DNA of 61,864 nt, the filler included, from Platydemus manokwari (taxonomy: Eukaryota), in the NCBI GenBank assembly GCA_037951405.1. It is 6 parts of 6 records of this genome, joined end to end, with 100 filler letters (N's around TTAATTAATTAA, not from the genome) between each part and the next. Parts side by side here need not be neighbours in the genome. Positions count along the whole stretch, not along the records: positions 9,796 to 19,029 come from JBBMOY011279540.1; positions 19,130 to 29,278 come from JBBMOY011163435.1; 4 more parts are not named here. One strand, written 5' to 3'. Under the pieces are notes generated by a model that saw only the letters and a program-made list of their open reading frames with translations, did no database searches and was not told the origin of the DNA. The translations under genes were made by a program, and so were the position numbers. This document shows, one piece after another, positions 12,362 to 24,399 of the stretch (its first letter is position 1; each line of letters begins with the position of its first letter).

Positions 12362-14555
12362 GTCAATCTCCAAGGTATACTCGAATAGGGAACTTCCGTG
12401 CTTCTGGAAAAAAGACCCATAGACTCAAACATATCAAATTTTGAAAAATTATAAAATGGCAAATTCGTCGTTGACCGTGTTATTGACGATCCTTTTATGG
12501 TTATAAATGAAAATCGTAGTGACCTATGACAACTGGACTCCATAGTCAATAGAAAGAATTCCAGATCAAGATCTAGGTAATTGCAAAAACCTCATCCTAT
12601 GCTGTTATGGTCAAAAGGCATGAAAACAAGAACTATAATAACTAGAATGTCAACAGAGTGGTTCTAAAACCCATATTGATAGACGACAAAACGTCTTATC
12701 AAGTCAAATCGAGAAAATAGAGACGACGAAATGGAAATAAAACATCAGAACAGCAAAGGAAGACCCAATGAACAATTGAGAAGACAAGAAACGTGAGAAT
12801 CACTATTAACTATGATGAGCAAGGAAGATTGAGAAGAAAAAGATAGAAATTCCAAACAAATCGCTGACAATGAACCTGGACAAAGAATTAATGCAATCAG
12901 AAATGATGTTGAGCTAGACAAATCCCCAATAAATCAGTGACCACTGGACAAGAGTTCTCAGAAGAATCAACTAATTCCAAAATAAGAATAATTTCAATCA
13001 AATTTTGGAGATAATGGCAATTATCCAAAGTCAGATTAAAAGTAATCAGTTAGGATCCTTACTGCTACTACCAATCAACAGCTTACCAAAGTCCACTGTA
13101 GAAAGAATAAGGATACCTGTGTCAGAATCGAAAGCCAAAATTACTGATATCCCGCTGAATGAAATGTTCCAGGAATTTAATGATCATGTTAAAAGTTTGT
13201 GGGAAATCAAAGAAGCAACTAACGCTTACTTCGGGATAGATGACTATGCAATGGTAAGAGGTAAAACAGATAGATATCTCCGATAGTTATACAATATCTT
13301 TTTGAGTGTGGCCTTCCTACCTCTAAAACACTACTCAAACATGCAAAATGAAGCTCATCGAATTGAAATATGTACTGGATCATGTGTAAAATCGTGTACC
13401 AATGCATGCATCCAAAATCAAATAATCAAATTTACCGGATTTTCAGTGGAGGAAACCAATACAGTGCTGAATAAGAAAGAACCAAGTACTCCAGGCCGTA
13501 ACAAAGTGACCTAAAGAAAAAGCCAACAGATTGCCATGATAGTCCACTATAGGTCTCTTGTAGTAAACTTTCCTTTAAAATAGAAAGTTTAACAGTCCAG
13601 CTCAAAACATTATCCGAAAAACTGGCAGAATGCATTTGTCTATTCTAGAAGAAACTGTATCCATATACTATGTTCATTCATAGTAAAGTTGTATTCTTTG
13701 GCAGGACGTATAACAAGCTCGAGGAAATGAATGTCCATCTTGCAAAATGTCCTAAAGAAAATCGTTGGAGTCTCAAAAACATGCTTCACATACTATTTGT
13801 ATGCTACAAAATCGAAAGGAAGGTACGGTCTTAAAAGTGTCATTGGTGAATTTACTATTCAATATATTTTCAATAGACTAGCTGCACACAACAGTTAACA
13901 TACCACCGCGCGAGATAATGCCAATAAATCATTGAAACAATCATCTGATCGAACAACAATAATTTAATCTCTTAATTGGCTCAACTAACACTTAGTATCA
14001 ATAAAAATCGCTCGTGGTAGGGCAAGATAAGGGAAGTGATTAAATAGGCTAATAACAAAATATTTACAATCACCAACTTCCAAATAATTGATTGCGAAAT
14101 CGGTGTCCGAGTCAGTCAAAATACTACAACAGACGAAGGTGAAATTATGAGAGATGCGCTGATTTCCACCAAACCAAATGCAAGAGATACACCACACCAA
14201 TACCTGAAGTATCAACCATGTGGAGGAAAATTGTATTGTAATTACCTACGAGTGTAACAAATCAAATTTCAAATCAGACTATCAACAATGGCAAGACCAT
14301 CTAGGTAAAGCTTCCTACAGAGCGAGAGGCATGATTGAAGGTGACCAGCAAGACAATGTCCGGGACGAAGAGAATGCATTCTCGGAGGATAAAGGGATGT
14401 TCAAGAAACTTTGGATGATAATGGAGAAATGCTAAGGAGAGAGGAAGAATGATAAAGAAGAAAATACTGTGATATATGTCCAATCATTTATAAGTGGTTA
14501 AGGTACCAGACTATGTCTGGATGGTCTCAGTATAAAAAAATGTTTTATAAATAAA
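12362..14555 (+). mobile_element. Internally deleted RLE non-LTR retrotransposon (NeSL/R2-like)
   Basis: RT region-0-like FSVEET..STPGRNKVT; RT-thumb-like LKKIVG..YLYATKSKGRYGLKS; zinc-knuckle-like KCKR.H..SINHV. The C-terminus YECNKSNFKSDYQQW resembles the 2099 copy and the 3' UTR is shared. The RT core is absent. Confidence 0.7.
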
Positions 14556-14769
14556 TCTTTGTATCAAGGATAAGATATTTTTATCAAGACATATGAGGCG
14601 TGCATATGTCTTTAAAAATGAAATACAATGAAAATAAATTTAGAAATAAATAAAATAATTTAACACTGAAACTTTATATTTAACGTATAAGATGAATTTT
14701 ATTATTCGTTTACGTTATTAAGTTAAAAATTTTTATAATAATTATTTAAATATGAGTTGAAAACCAAAT

Positions 14770-15790
14770 GAGATATAAACTGTATTTAAATTAACTAATT
14801 ACTTTAAAATCTTCCCAATATTTTTTCACCATTTAAACTATAATCTATAAATTATTTGATAATAAATATTTCTTTTGAATATTTTGCGGTATAGCTTTTT
14901 TCAAATTTATTTTTATATCTACAAATTCTTACTGGACCTAAAACTTTAAATTTTGGTTTAACATTTTCATCGAAAATATTTTAAAAAATTCACTTCTAAT
15001 TCCAGATTCTTTATCAAACCATATCTATTTTTGAATTCTTTATCTGTTTCGAAATAATTTTCAAAGGCTTCCACTAAAGTTTCTTGTTTTTATCCTTCAA
15101 GGGAATACACCACCCATATCTTGCGTTTCAATCAATAACAACCAAAATATATATAAATCCTTCTGTAAATTTTATGGGCATTATAACTAAATCGGCACCA
15201 TGGGTATTGCCTTTAAAAAATATTTTAGCTTTTACATTTCCTAACTTTCTTATGTTCATAATGTAATTCTTGAGCTGATGGATCTTCATCTCGTAGAGGA
15301 AAATCATCCTTAGTTTTATCAATGTAATTCGGATTTTCATATATTTTCTTAATTGCTAAATCTTTTGCTAGACGAAGTAAACGTGAAAAACTCTGTCCAA
15401 GCATAATTTTCCATTTCATAATACTTTTAATTAAAAGTCTTTCTAATTTTTCTCTGAATGTTGGATTTGGAATATTATCCATTTGATGTATCATTGTAAC
15501 ATCGGCTAAATGTCTATCTTGTAAATCTTTTGAAATATAATCAACATCATGTTGCATTGCTATTACATCTATTCTATTTATAGGTTGATGATTTTCTTTT
15601 GGAATTGAAGGTATATATAATTTTGCAGTCTCATTAAAGTCATTAAGTTTCATCATAATTTTGCAAATGTTCTTGAAGATTTGTTCCTGGACTAGTTTTT
15701 TATTAAATGTATTCATACTTTTTAAATAAAATTCTCCCGAATGACAGCCAGTAATTGCTTCTTGTAGATCCCCTCCAAGAAATTCCAAAC
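14770..15790 (-). mobile_element. Polinton/Maverick (adintovirus-like) PLA2-domain plus retroviral-type integrase pseudogene
   Basis: PINRIDVIAMQHDVDY..DRHLAD..NPTFREKLER (parvovirus-type PLA2 HD..Y..D motif; SPGTNL loop in a shifted frame at ~15664-15693), then AQELH..K, HGADLVIMP..GFIYILVVID..RYGWCIPLKDK and KPKFKV..VRICRYKNKFEKSYT..SKEIFII, which is the Polinton integrase C-terminal pattern. Confidence 0.85.
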
Positions 15791-15799
15791 TTCTTAACT

Positions 15800-15912
15800 A
15801 CTTACTTTTATACTCATATTATTCATACTATTTGTACTCGTACTATTCATACCATTCATACTTTTATTCATACTATTAGTACAATTCGTATCATTCATAC
15901 TATTCGTATTAT
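15800..15912. repeat. Degenerate ~9-bp minisatellite (TATTCATAC-like)
   Basis: Repeated TATTCATAC/TACTCGTAC/CATTCATAC units just upstream of the PLA2 ORF. Confidence 0.7.
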
Positions 15913-16138
15913 CATTTGAAATTTGTTTTTCTAATGTTTTGATTTATTAGATTTAGAAATCTCTTTGTTAAAAATCTGACATAAATAGTTTATACTAATT
16001 TTTTAAATATAAAAATAATCCCTTAAAAATGGGGACAAAAAATAAAATTTAAGAAGTAAATAAAAAATTAGAAAATTATGAAAGCTGAAAAAACAAAATT
16101 TAAATGAAAAAATCCTTATATAAGATTGTAAAAATAAA

Positions 16139-16345
16139 GGACTTTCAGAATCAATTATTAGAGAATTCCAAGATAGTGTGTATTGGGGAATTATTTCACA
16201 TTATTTAAAACTATCTGAATCTTATATTATTGAATTCCAAGATAAAGTGGAATGGAGAACTATTTAATTACATAAAAATTATCAGAATCTTTTATCCTAG
16301 AATTCCAAGATAAAGTTCATTGGAAATGAGTTTCACGTTATTAAA
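16139..16345 (+). pseudogene. Tryptophan-repeat protein remnant (three ~23-aa repeats)
   Basis: LSESIIREFQDSVYWGIISHYLK / LSESYIIEFQDKVEWRTI / LSESFILEFQDKVHWK*VSRY; GAATTCCAAGATA recurs at about 69-bp spacing. Confidence 0.75.
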
Positions 16346-16389
16346 AATGGTTTTAAATTTATTTATCTTAATTAATTAATTAATTAAAC

Positions 16390-16690
16390 ATGACTGTTGT
16401 TTGGAGAAAAAATAAAATAAAATTTAATAATCATCTAAATATTCCTTCATCTTTTACAATTTTAATTGTTGGAAGTCCTCATTGTTGTTAAACTCAGTTA
16501 CTTTTTAAAATGTTATTAACAAGAGGATTTTTAGATTATGATTATTTACTAATATTTTCAAAAACTGTTTATCAAGAAGAATATAAAATTTTATATCATG
16601 GATTTAAAAATGGTTTATTAAAAGAATGTATAACAATGTATTTTTGAAGATCAGGGTAATTTCGATAAGGATTTAACTATTAGAGAACGT
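16390..16690 (+). pseudogene. Polinton packaging ATPase (A32/FtsK-like), N-terminal fragment
   Basis: MTVVW..IPSSFTILIVGSPHCC*TQLLFKMLLTRGFLDYDYLLIFSKTVYQEEYKIL: a decayed Walker A (GSPHC[GK]T) and the LDYD.L..F.K...Q.EYKIL motif. Confidence 0.8.
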
Positions 16691-17029
16691 GAACGTTATT
16701 TGCAGTTTCTAGAAATATATATTTAATTCAATACCCTGTTTTCCTCAATAGCTTTTAAAGTTTTATTTCCGTCTTCAATAGCCAATTGTTGTTTCCTTGA
16801 TCTTCTACAACGGTTGCTAACAAAGGTTTAGCAAATTCGGCGATAACTTAATTTAACAAAATTTCAGAATATTGTTTTTCTCCAGCATCAGTATTTTATT
16901 TATTTTTTCAAGGAAACAATATTTTATAATTTTTCTATTCTTTCATTTTTGTCAAAAGTTCCCATTTTTAATTTATAAATTTAAGTCCTTAATCACCGCA
17001 GGAAAGAATCTATGATTCAATCTTTTTTA

Positions 17030-17550
17030 TAAATTTTAAACACATCCTCAATCATTATATTTTTATCGCTACCGAAAGCTATGTATTTATATCTCTCGTT
17101 CCATTGTTTATTTACTAAAAAATTAAAATCTTCTTATTATATAGTGTTGTAAAATAAATCAAAATGTATCAAATCTTTATCTCTTTTACTTAATTTAAAA
17201 AAAATAATAATTTTAAATTATTTCTTATTGAATTCTTTGGTAAATCATACCGACTTTGAGAGAGATAAATACTACAGAAACTATTATGTCTTTCTCTTGT
17301 TTAACAAGTAGATATTATACCCTGGTTTTCTTAAACACAATCATTAAAAATTATTAAAATTTTTAAGTTTTATTTAAATCTGATGGATTCATAATTTCAT
17401 TAAATTTAGAAGTCATAGTTATTGATATCTTACATTTTTCTAAAGGGGGTAACTAAGGTTCACAGAATAACTAATAGTTAAATCTTTATCCAAATTTTCC
17501 AGGTTTTCAAAAATTTTTGTTATACATTCTTTTAATAAAACATTTTTTAT
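17030..17550 (-). pseudogene. Polinton packaging ATPase, middle and C-terminal fragment in opposite orientation
   Basis: Minus strand gives NPSDLNK..IIFNDCV (Walker B), RHN..IYLSQSRYDLPKNSIRNN and KQWNERYKYIAF. Its first ~80 nt is an inverted, diverged match to 16607-16685. Confidence 0.75.
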
Positions 17551-19130
17551 TCAATTTATAATTTTATTATTTATGAGTATTCTATTTGGAATTATATTTT
17601 ATAGTCGAGTTATTAGCATCTTTATTCTTTTTTTCGAAATGCTTCTTTTCAATAGGTTATTTTGTGTATCATTTATCAATAATTTTTATCACAGTTTCAA
17701 TTTTATTAATTGTTTTAATTGGTTCATTTTATTCAACTTTCTTGAAATAATTGTTTCCATGATTCTCGAACAACCGGAAAACCATGTTCGTAAATAATTC
17801 CAATTATATCATATCGGCGAAACGTTTTAAACAAAATATCCTTTTATAAAATTATTTTCAATATATTTTTTTATCACATTATCTCTAAATGACATTAAAA
17901 TACACAAAAATAAATAATAATGTGAATATTTTATAAATAACTGTCGAATATTTCCAAATTTTCTTTTGGTATTGATTAGTTTTCGTTTTAAGTTGTAATT
18001 ATATACTGCCTTGATTATTAATTTATTTGGCGATATTCATCAATGAAGTATTTCATTATTTGTTAAGAATTTATTTACAATGGCCTCATTAATATTTGAT
18101 TATTTATTACAGCTATTTGAAATTAATTAGACCTAATGATGATCCGGAATAAAATAAAAATAAATTCAATGATTCTCGAACCAATAAATTCAAATTCATT
18201 CTTCTTACAAATAACAGTCTGCCTCCTAATGATTTACTGGATCTGTTTCATCCAATTTGGATTAGAATTGGTTGATTTGATTAGCTATTATTATAAATAT
18301 CTTTATTCGAATTTTATTATTTCAACTATATTTTATCATCATAAATTTAAATCATGATTTTGCCTAATATTTTAATATTTTTGTATTATTGGCAATATTT
18401 TTCACAATCAAATTATCTTTTATGAAAAAAGAAATAAATTTAAATTATAATTTAATAATTTATTTCATATTACTTCAAGAGTTCCAAACGTGTGTTATGA
18501 TAGAGAAATGAGTAAGTTAACGACTGTTATTCGATTCTTTAAATTTCTCTGTTTTATTGGTCTGAAAAATTATTTTGAAGAAATGAAAATAAAATCGGAT
18601 TTCAAGTTGAGAAGCACTTAAAACTTTCACTATATTTAAAAATTATTTTCATTCTTAAAATTACTGGTATGGCCATGGTTATTTCAGTGGTGATATGAAA
18701 TAAAATTACATTGTATTTAGCCATCCAAGGAATGTGATAATTAAAAAAAGATATTTATAGAAATGGTACCGCTCCTTTCCTACCGTGGTGTGTAGAAATG
18801 ACTATGAAGTTAATAAAATAATAATGGAATATTCACTGAATCAATCTATAAGATAATAGGATTTTCAACGGTGGTTGTATAAATAATATTAACCTATTAA
18901 TAAAAGTGAAATAATATCTAGTTCAATATATTAATTCAGTAGATATTAATTCGATTATTGTTATTATCTCATAATATATCATAACAAGTATCTGATGCTT
19001 CTCAGAAATAAGATTGGGTGTATACAAATNNNNNNNNNNNNNNNNNNNNNNNNNNNNNNNNNNNNNNNNNNNNTTAATTAATTAANNNNNNNNNNNNNNN
19101 NNNNNNNNNNNNNNNNNNNNNNNNNNNNNT

Positions 19131-19307
19131 TAACTGGGATATATATAAAGGCTAGTTGAATGCTAATATATGGATTGATAGATTCATAGAATGCAAAATG
19201 TGCATTTTGAGGGGTCTGTGGGGTATACAGTGATTAAAAAATTGATAATTTTGTAAATTTGATGATTTCTTGGGTGTTGCATTCAACTAGCCATTGTATA
19301 TCTAGTT
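19131..19307. mobile_element. MITE-like element with terminal inverted repeats
   Basis: TAACTGG..ATATA..GGCTAGTTGAATGC at the left; GCATTCAACTAGCC..TATATCTAGTTA at the right. Confidence 0.6.
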
Positions 19308-19689
19308 ATTTATTAAATATTATGTTATGTCGAAAGTTCGTTTATTACATCCATTGTATTTATCAGTTTCTATATTTAGAAAATATTATTTTAAAATAAC
19401 TAATATAATTATTACATCATATTATGAATTATTTATTCCTAAATTCGCAAATGTTACATGAAAATAAAAATTATCGCTACATTGCGATTTTTCACAGTGA
19501 GATAAATAATTGTTTTTTCAATTTATCTTTACAATGGATAAAATTGAATATCGATACAAATTTTACACTTCGATAAAATTACAACTGATTGATACACTCA
19601 ATTAGTTTCAAAAATCGATACCATATATAATTTACGAATTACTACTTATATACATTTATAAAAATTGTCATTGTTATTAATTTTCAAGA

Positions 19690-21350
19690 TTCACATTCAA
19701 ACTCTTTTTGGGATTGAATTTTGCAAAATCCCAACAATACTGTGGAGCATGCTTGTCATCAGGCTTCATTTTTTTTAACATTAGCTCCTCAAGTGACTCG
19801 TCCGCTTTTCTTTTTGTGACTTTTCAATCGACGGATTCGGCAATTCACTAAGGTCGGCCTGGTTCAAATTCCTCAACATTTGGATTGAGTGATGAGTTTT
19901 CTACAAGTTATTTTTTCCACTCGTCTTCAATATATTGTTCCACATCCATCCATAATTGCTCATACTCCTCTGCTTTGTGATTAGTTGCTCGCCTTTTTGG
20001 ATCTCAGTGTCCAGCCATAACTGTTTCAAAAAGATTTGGTCTTGTTCTGTTAAATCATAGCTGTCTTGCAACTCTTCTATATCCTCTCGCGTTGAGTTGA
20101 ATTTTAAATTGTCATGATTAATTACATGACTTTTCTCTGACGTTTTATTTCCTCTAATTTGACAAAACCCCCTTATGTGGTTTCTTCAAAAATTGTGTCT
20201 TTTTTGTTCATTTATCGTTCTTTTGATGATCTTAATTTCCATAGGCCTCTCCTTGCTCTCATTACTTTTTTTCGGTAGGAAATTCACTCTCTGCCCACTC
20301 AAACATATTTACAGCTTCGCTCAACATTTTATCCTCCTCTTCTAGGAAATCAATTCAATGAAATCAATTCATTTGTCACTTATAGATCTGTCGATTTCCA
20401 TGGTTGTCTCTATTTTATTGTCTAAATTTCCGAACTGTGGCATCCTCTTTGCCATTATTTCCATGTATATTGCTTTGATGTCATTACTTCGGTAAATACC
20501 ATTTTCCTTCATTATTTTATCGACTATTTGGATTTCTTTGATGTCTTGGATTCCCATCACTTCTTCCATAAAAATAGACACGGCTGTCAGCTTCTTTTTT
20601 ACATAGTATCTCACTATAATTTTTCCATACAAGGGCTTGATAACCTCTTAACTGACATCTTTCGAGTCAGCTGCTCCAAGCAGTGGTTGTTCCTCGATGG
20701 TATTTTTGTTTGAATTAAAGTGTCTGATTTCCCTCCTGGAACAGCATTTCTGTTCAATTAGAATCTTTCCGCGATGATCTCTCACACTTATCCATACATG
20801 GTAATTTTTGTTATTGTCATTCATTGCCAGCTTACCATCGAGATACAAGATGAAAAACTGTTTCTCATACTTATTGATATCATTCGGTTTGCGAATGAAG
20901 GCCATGTTATTTTTTGGCTCACTGAAAGGTATCTTAATAAGGCTATCGGTAACAAATGGGTTAGATTTCCTAAATTCAACGGGATCGGGCTCATCGGGTT
21001 CGATGAACTCTGGTGATTTGGGTATCTTTGGAGTGAAGGGTAGATGGTTGCCAATGAGAAGGCTTCTAAATCAATTTTCTCAAGATGGAACTTAATACTA
21101 ATCTTAGATTGTGCGTTATGAATGCTGATCAATGTAGGCACTTACTGTAGATTCGAGATAACACTTTTGATGTTAAAATTTCTTTATTCTTGTGAGTTTA
21201 ATATCACTATGGCTCTTCTTAACTGTGATACCGTTTTGAGGTAATTCGGGAGTTGATAAACTGAATCTAAATGCCTTCTGCCTGCTGCTAATATTGCTTT
21301 TCTTTCCTGGAAAATATTGTACAATGGTAGTAGTGGCTTCCGTATCTTTT
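19690..21350 (-). pseudogene. Decayed ~500-codon intronless ORF of unknown family, probably TE or virus cargo
   Basis: Chain of same-strand ORF pieces (20821-21141, 20648-20905, 20369-20632) continuing through stops to SSLNPNVEEFEP and KRKADESLEELMLKKMK. GC content is higher than in the flanks. Confidence 0.5.
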
Positions 21351-21453
21351 ATAAAATGATTAATAATTAAGAAAAAAATAACAACTACTTGCTGACAGTT
21401 ACTGACTGATAACTTTTGTCAAAATATTATGATTTTTACAGAGTTAATGCCCA

Positions 21454-21517
21454 CTTTTATATGTTTTAGGTTCTATGATCTTATTGGTTAATTTCTTATA
21501 GACTTTATTTTCATTGG
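21454..21517 (-). promoter_or_regulatory. Putative Pol II promoter: two CCAAT boxes and a TATA box
   Basis: Minus-strand AACCAAT with cores at 21513-21517 and 21483-21487 (30 bp apart), then TATAAAAG at 21454-21461, upstream of the decayed ORF. Confidence 0.45.
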
Positions 21518-21599
21518 TTAAATATTATAGGGTGATTTTCTCGATGATCAACTTTGACTTTTAATTCTTTCCTTAATTGGACGGTAAACTCTTTCATTT

Positions 21600-23630
21600 T
21601 ATCTCACTTGTATATATAATTCAATATTTACTATGGATTTTAAATTCTTCCTTCCCTACATTGTTGTGAGTAAACATCATTACTGGACTATCACACGTCT
21701 GAACAAAGAGCCAAACTATCATTGTTGTTACCAGGGTTGCCATTCTTGGTATTCTTCTTAATATCATGGGTGGTGATAAGCTATTACTCCTTTTTCTTTG
21801 AACATACATTGTTATTAAATTTGCACTTATTGCAATGAATGTTATAACTATGCTGTTTATTAATGCTGATTTTAAATTCCTAAAATGCTGTTCAATTCGA
21901 TAGCTATTGATCGTACAAGATTTAAAACTTTTTCACTATTAAATTTTGATGTGTATGGATCGGCATAACATTGTATAAATGATACATTATGGATTCTTAA
22001 TATTGGTAATATGATTGTCTTTTATGGTATGGTGTTATTTAATTTGATTTCTTTTTCATCTTTATTCCTATCTTTACTACTGTCCCAATTGAAGTTGTTC
22101 AGTGGTATGTTATTTTGTTGGTGTAAGGTTTCCATAAAATTCCTTATTATTTCTCATTTTGGTTTTGGCGCTTTAAATTTTCATTCATTTTCATTTGGTT
22201 GTAGGGCTTCATCATTGTTCTTCGATGTCTTATAACTTCGATTATCCTTTGTTTACCATTTTATAACTGTATGATTAATAGAAAATTAACTCTCCACCCT
22301 TTATCTATTAATTCTTTCCATTTTCCTTTTATTGTTATTTCTTCCAATTTATATTTTTTACATCTTTCGCCAGATCCTTGATGACATTTTATCTTATTTA
22401 TTTCATTCTTGACCTGCACTTCCTTCAGATTTACTTTCCTCCAATTACAATGTCGTTGTCAATTTATCATTACATTATTATTTTCTACTGTTATGAAATA
22501 TGGTAAAATTAATTATTTTTTTGCCTCACATGTTGGTTTTGTAATTTCTTTTACAAACTGTGTATCCTCAATGTCTTTTAAAGTCGTAATATTTTTACTA
22601 TCAATAATGATGTGGTCTTAAAAAATTTTGCTATTATTATTTCATTGATCTATTCAAAACTATCAAACTTATCAGCTCATTAAAACATTTGACTTATCTT
22701 ATCATTAAACTGATTATTAGAGAAACTATTATTATTTTTCCTATTCTGTTGATTGATATCATTTTGCTTTCTTATTTCTTCTCAATTTTTCTTATGGTAT
22801 TGATGTTAAACATATTTCTAAGTTTGAGTTGGTTGTTTTCTTAGAGTTTCTTTTCTTCCTAATGGCTGTTCTTCTTCAGCCTTCTTACATCTATTTACAT
22901 AAACTACTGACGGGTCTTCATTCTTTTTCTTTTTATAAACAATTTTGTGTCAGTCACCTTTACTACTTCATAGAGTCCTTTATACGGTCTTTGTAATTTT
23001 GGTGATATTCCTTTTTTAACATCTGGTACATAAATCCGAACTTTATCTCCTATCTTAAATCCATGATTACATGCTTTTTTATCATGATCATCCTTATATT
23101 GTTCTTGTTTGAATTTTGAGTTCAATTGAGTATGTTTGTATATTTCTCTTAATCTTTCTTTCATTATCATCACTTATTCTTTTTCATCCATTAATTGCGA
23201 TGTTTATGGCAACAATTATAGATCTATAGGCAAATATGTATCTCACATGTGCATTATATAAAACGGTGAATATCTCGTTGTTTCATTTATCGCTGTATTA
23301 TACGCTAACGTACATGATTTAATGTATGCATCCCAATCTGTTTACTTTTAATTAACGAAATTTGACAACATATTTTGAATTGTTTGTTTACAACGCTGAA
23401 CTGATCCATCTGTTTAAGGTCTATATGGGAATGAATTGATTTTCTTAATTTTCAATAATTTGGTAACCTCTTTTATGACATTATTTAAAAAGTCTTTCCT
23501 TCTATCGGTTTAGTAATTTCCTGGGTGTTCCAAATTAAAATATAATTTTTTCTATTAAAAGTTAGGCTATTGTCTCACTCTCTTGATTTTTAGTTGTAAA
23601 TGCTAATGACATTCTAGTGAAATAATCACA
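21600..23630 (-). mobile_element. Ty3/Gypsy integrase remnant with downstream extra (env-like?) coding region
   Basis: FGTPRKLL.DR..F, PYRP*TDGSVQR, WDAYI..CTLAYNTAINETTRYSPF and FKIGDKVRI..SPKLQRPYKGLYEV (GPY/F module). Further downstream are hydrophobic segments LINSIVITFIAISANLITMYV and LVTTMIVWLFV. Confidence 0.85.
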
Positions 23631-24399
23631 AAGAATATAATTAAATAAACTATGAAGAATTTTGCAATCACTCAACAAATTCAAAATATCATTTTAGGAC
23701 CAATTTTTTAAATTTAGCCAGCTTTTTTTTCTTTTGCATCTAAAATTGCATTTTAGGTCAAAATTTTGAACAACAAAATCATTATTAATGCATGTTGAAG
23801 CGAAATCATTACTTTAAAATTAGAGTAAAAGATAATCTTTTGTTAATCTAAGACATTTTTTCTTAACTTAGGTGGAAATTTATTTAAAATTTAACCGAAA
23901 AATATATCAAAAATGAAAAATAAATTTGTTTTAGTTGATCAATATGACAAAATTTTATAATTTGAAATACCGTAGATAATTTATCGGGTATGTTAATATT
24001 TTTATATTCTTAACTTTTATTGGACTTGTATTACAATGAATATGTTAAGAATAATTCAATCTCATTTGTATTAAATTAGCGTTAATCTATTCCAAAATAT
24101 TTTTAGATATTTTTATATATCATTTTAGGTATACCAAAGTCTTTTGGCATATTTTTAGATATTCTAATTTTGTATAGATATTTTTTTAACTTAACAGACT
24201 TTCATATGAAATGCGAAAGTTACATTCCTAATATTTTAGGTTACCAATCAGGTTACTAATTACATTAACAACATTAAAAAGTTTTTATGCATTTTCCTCA
24301 TCTTATCAATAAACATTTTTTTCAAACTCTAAATTTTATTCAAAACAGAGGAATATGGTATATTCAGCAATGTTTAGGATTGCCGGTGATATATTTTCA

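Noticed and set aside
12139-12549. ORFs spanning N gaps and the many 60-90 aa AT-rich ORFs
   Set aside because: Gap artefacts, antisense shadows of TE frames, or chance ORFs.
16139-16345. CRISPR-like repeat-spacer pattern (GAATTCCAAGATA x3)
   Set aside because: Periodicity is 23 codons and the intervening sequence is homologous, so it is a protein repeat; the context is eukaryotic.
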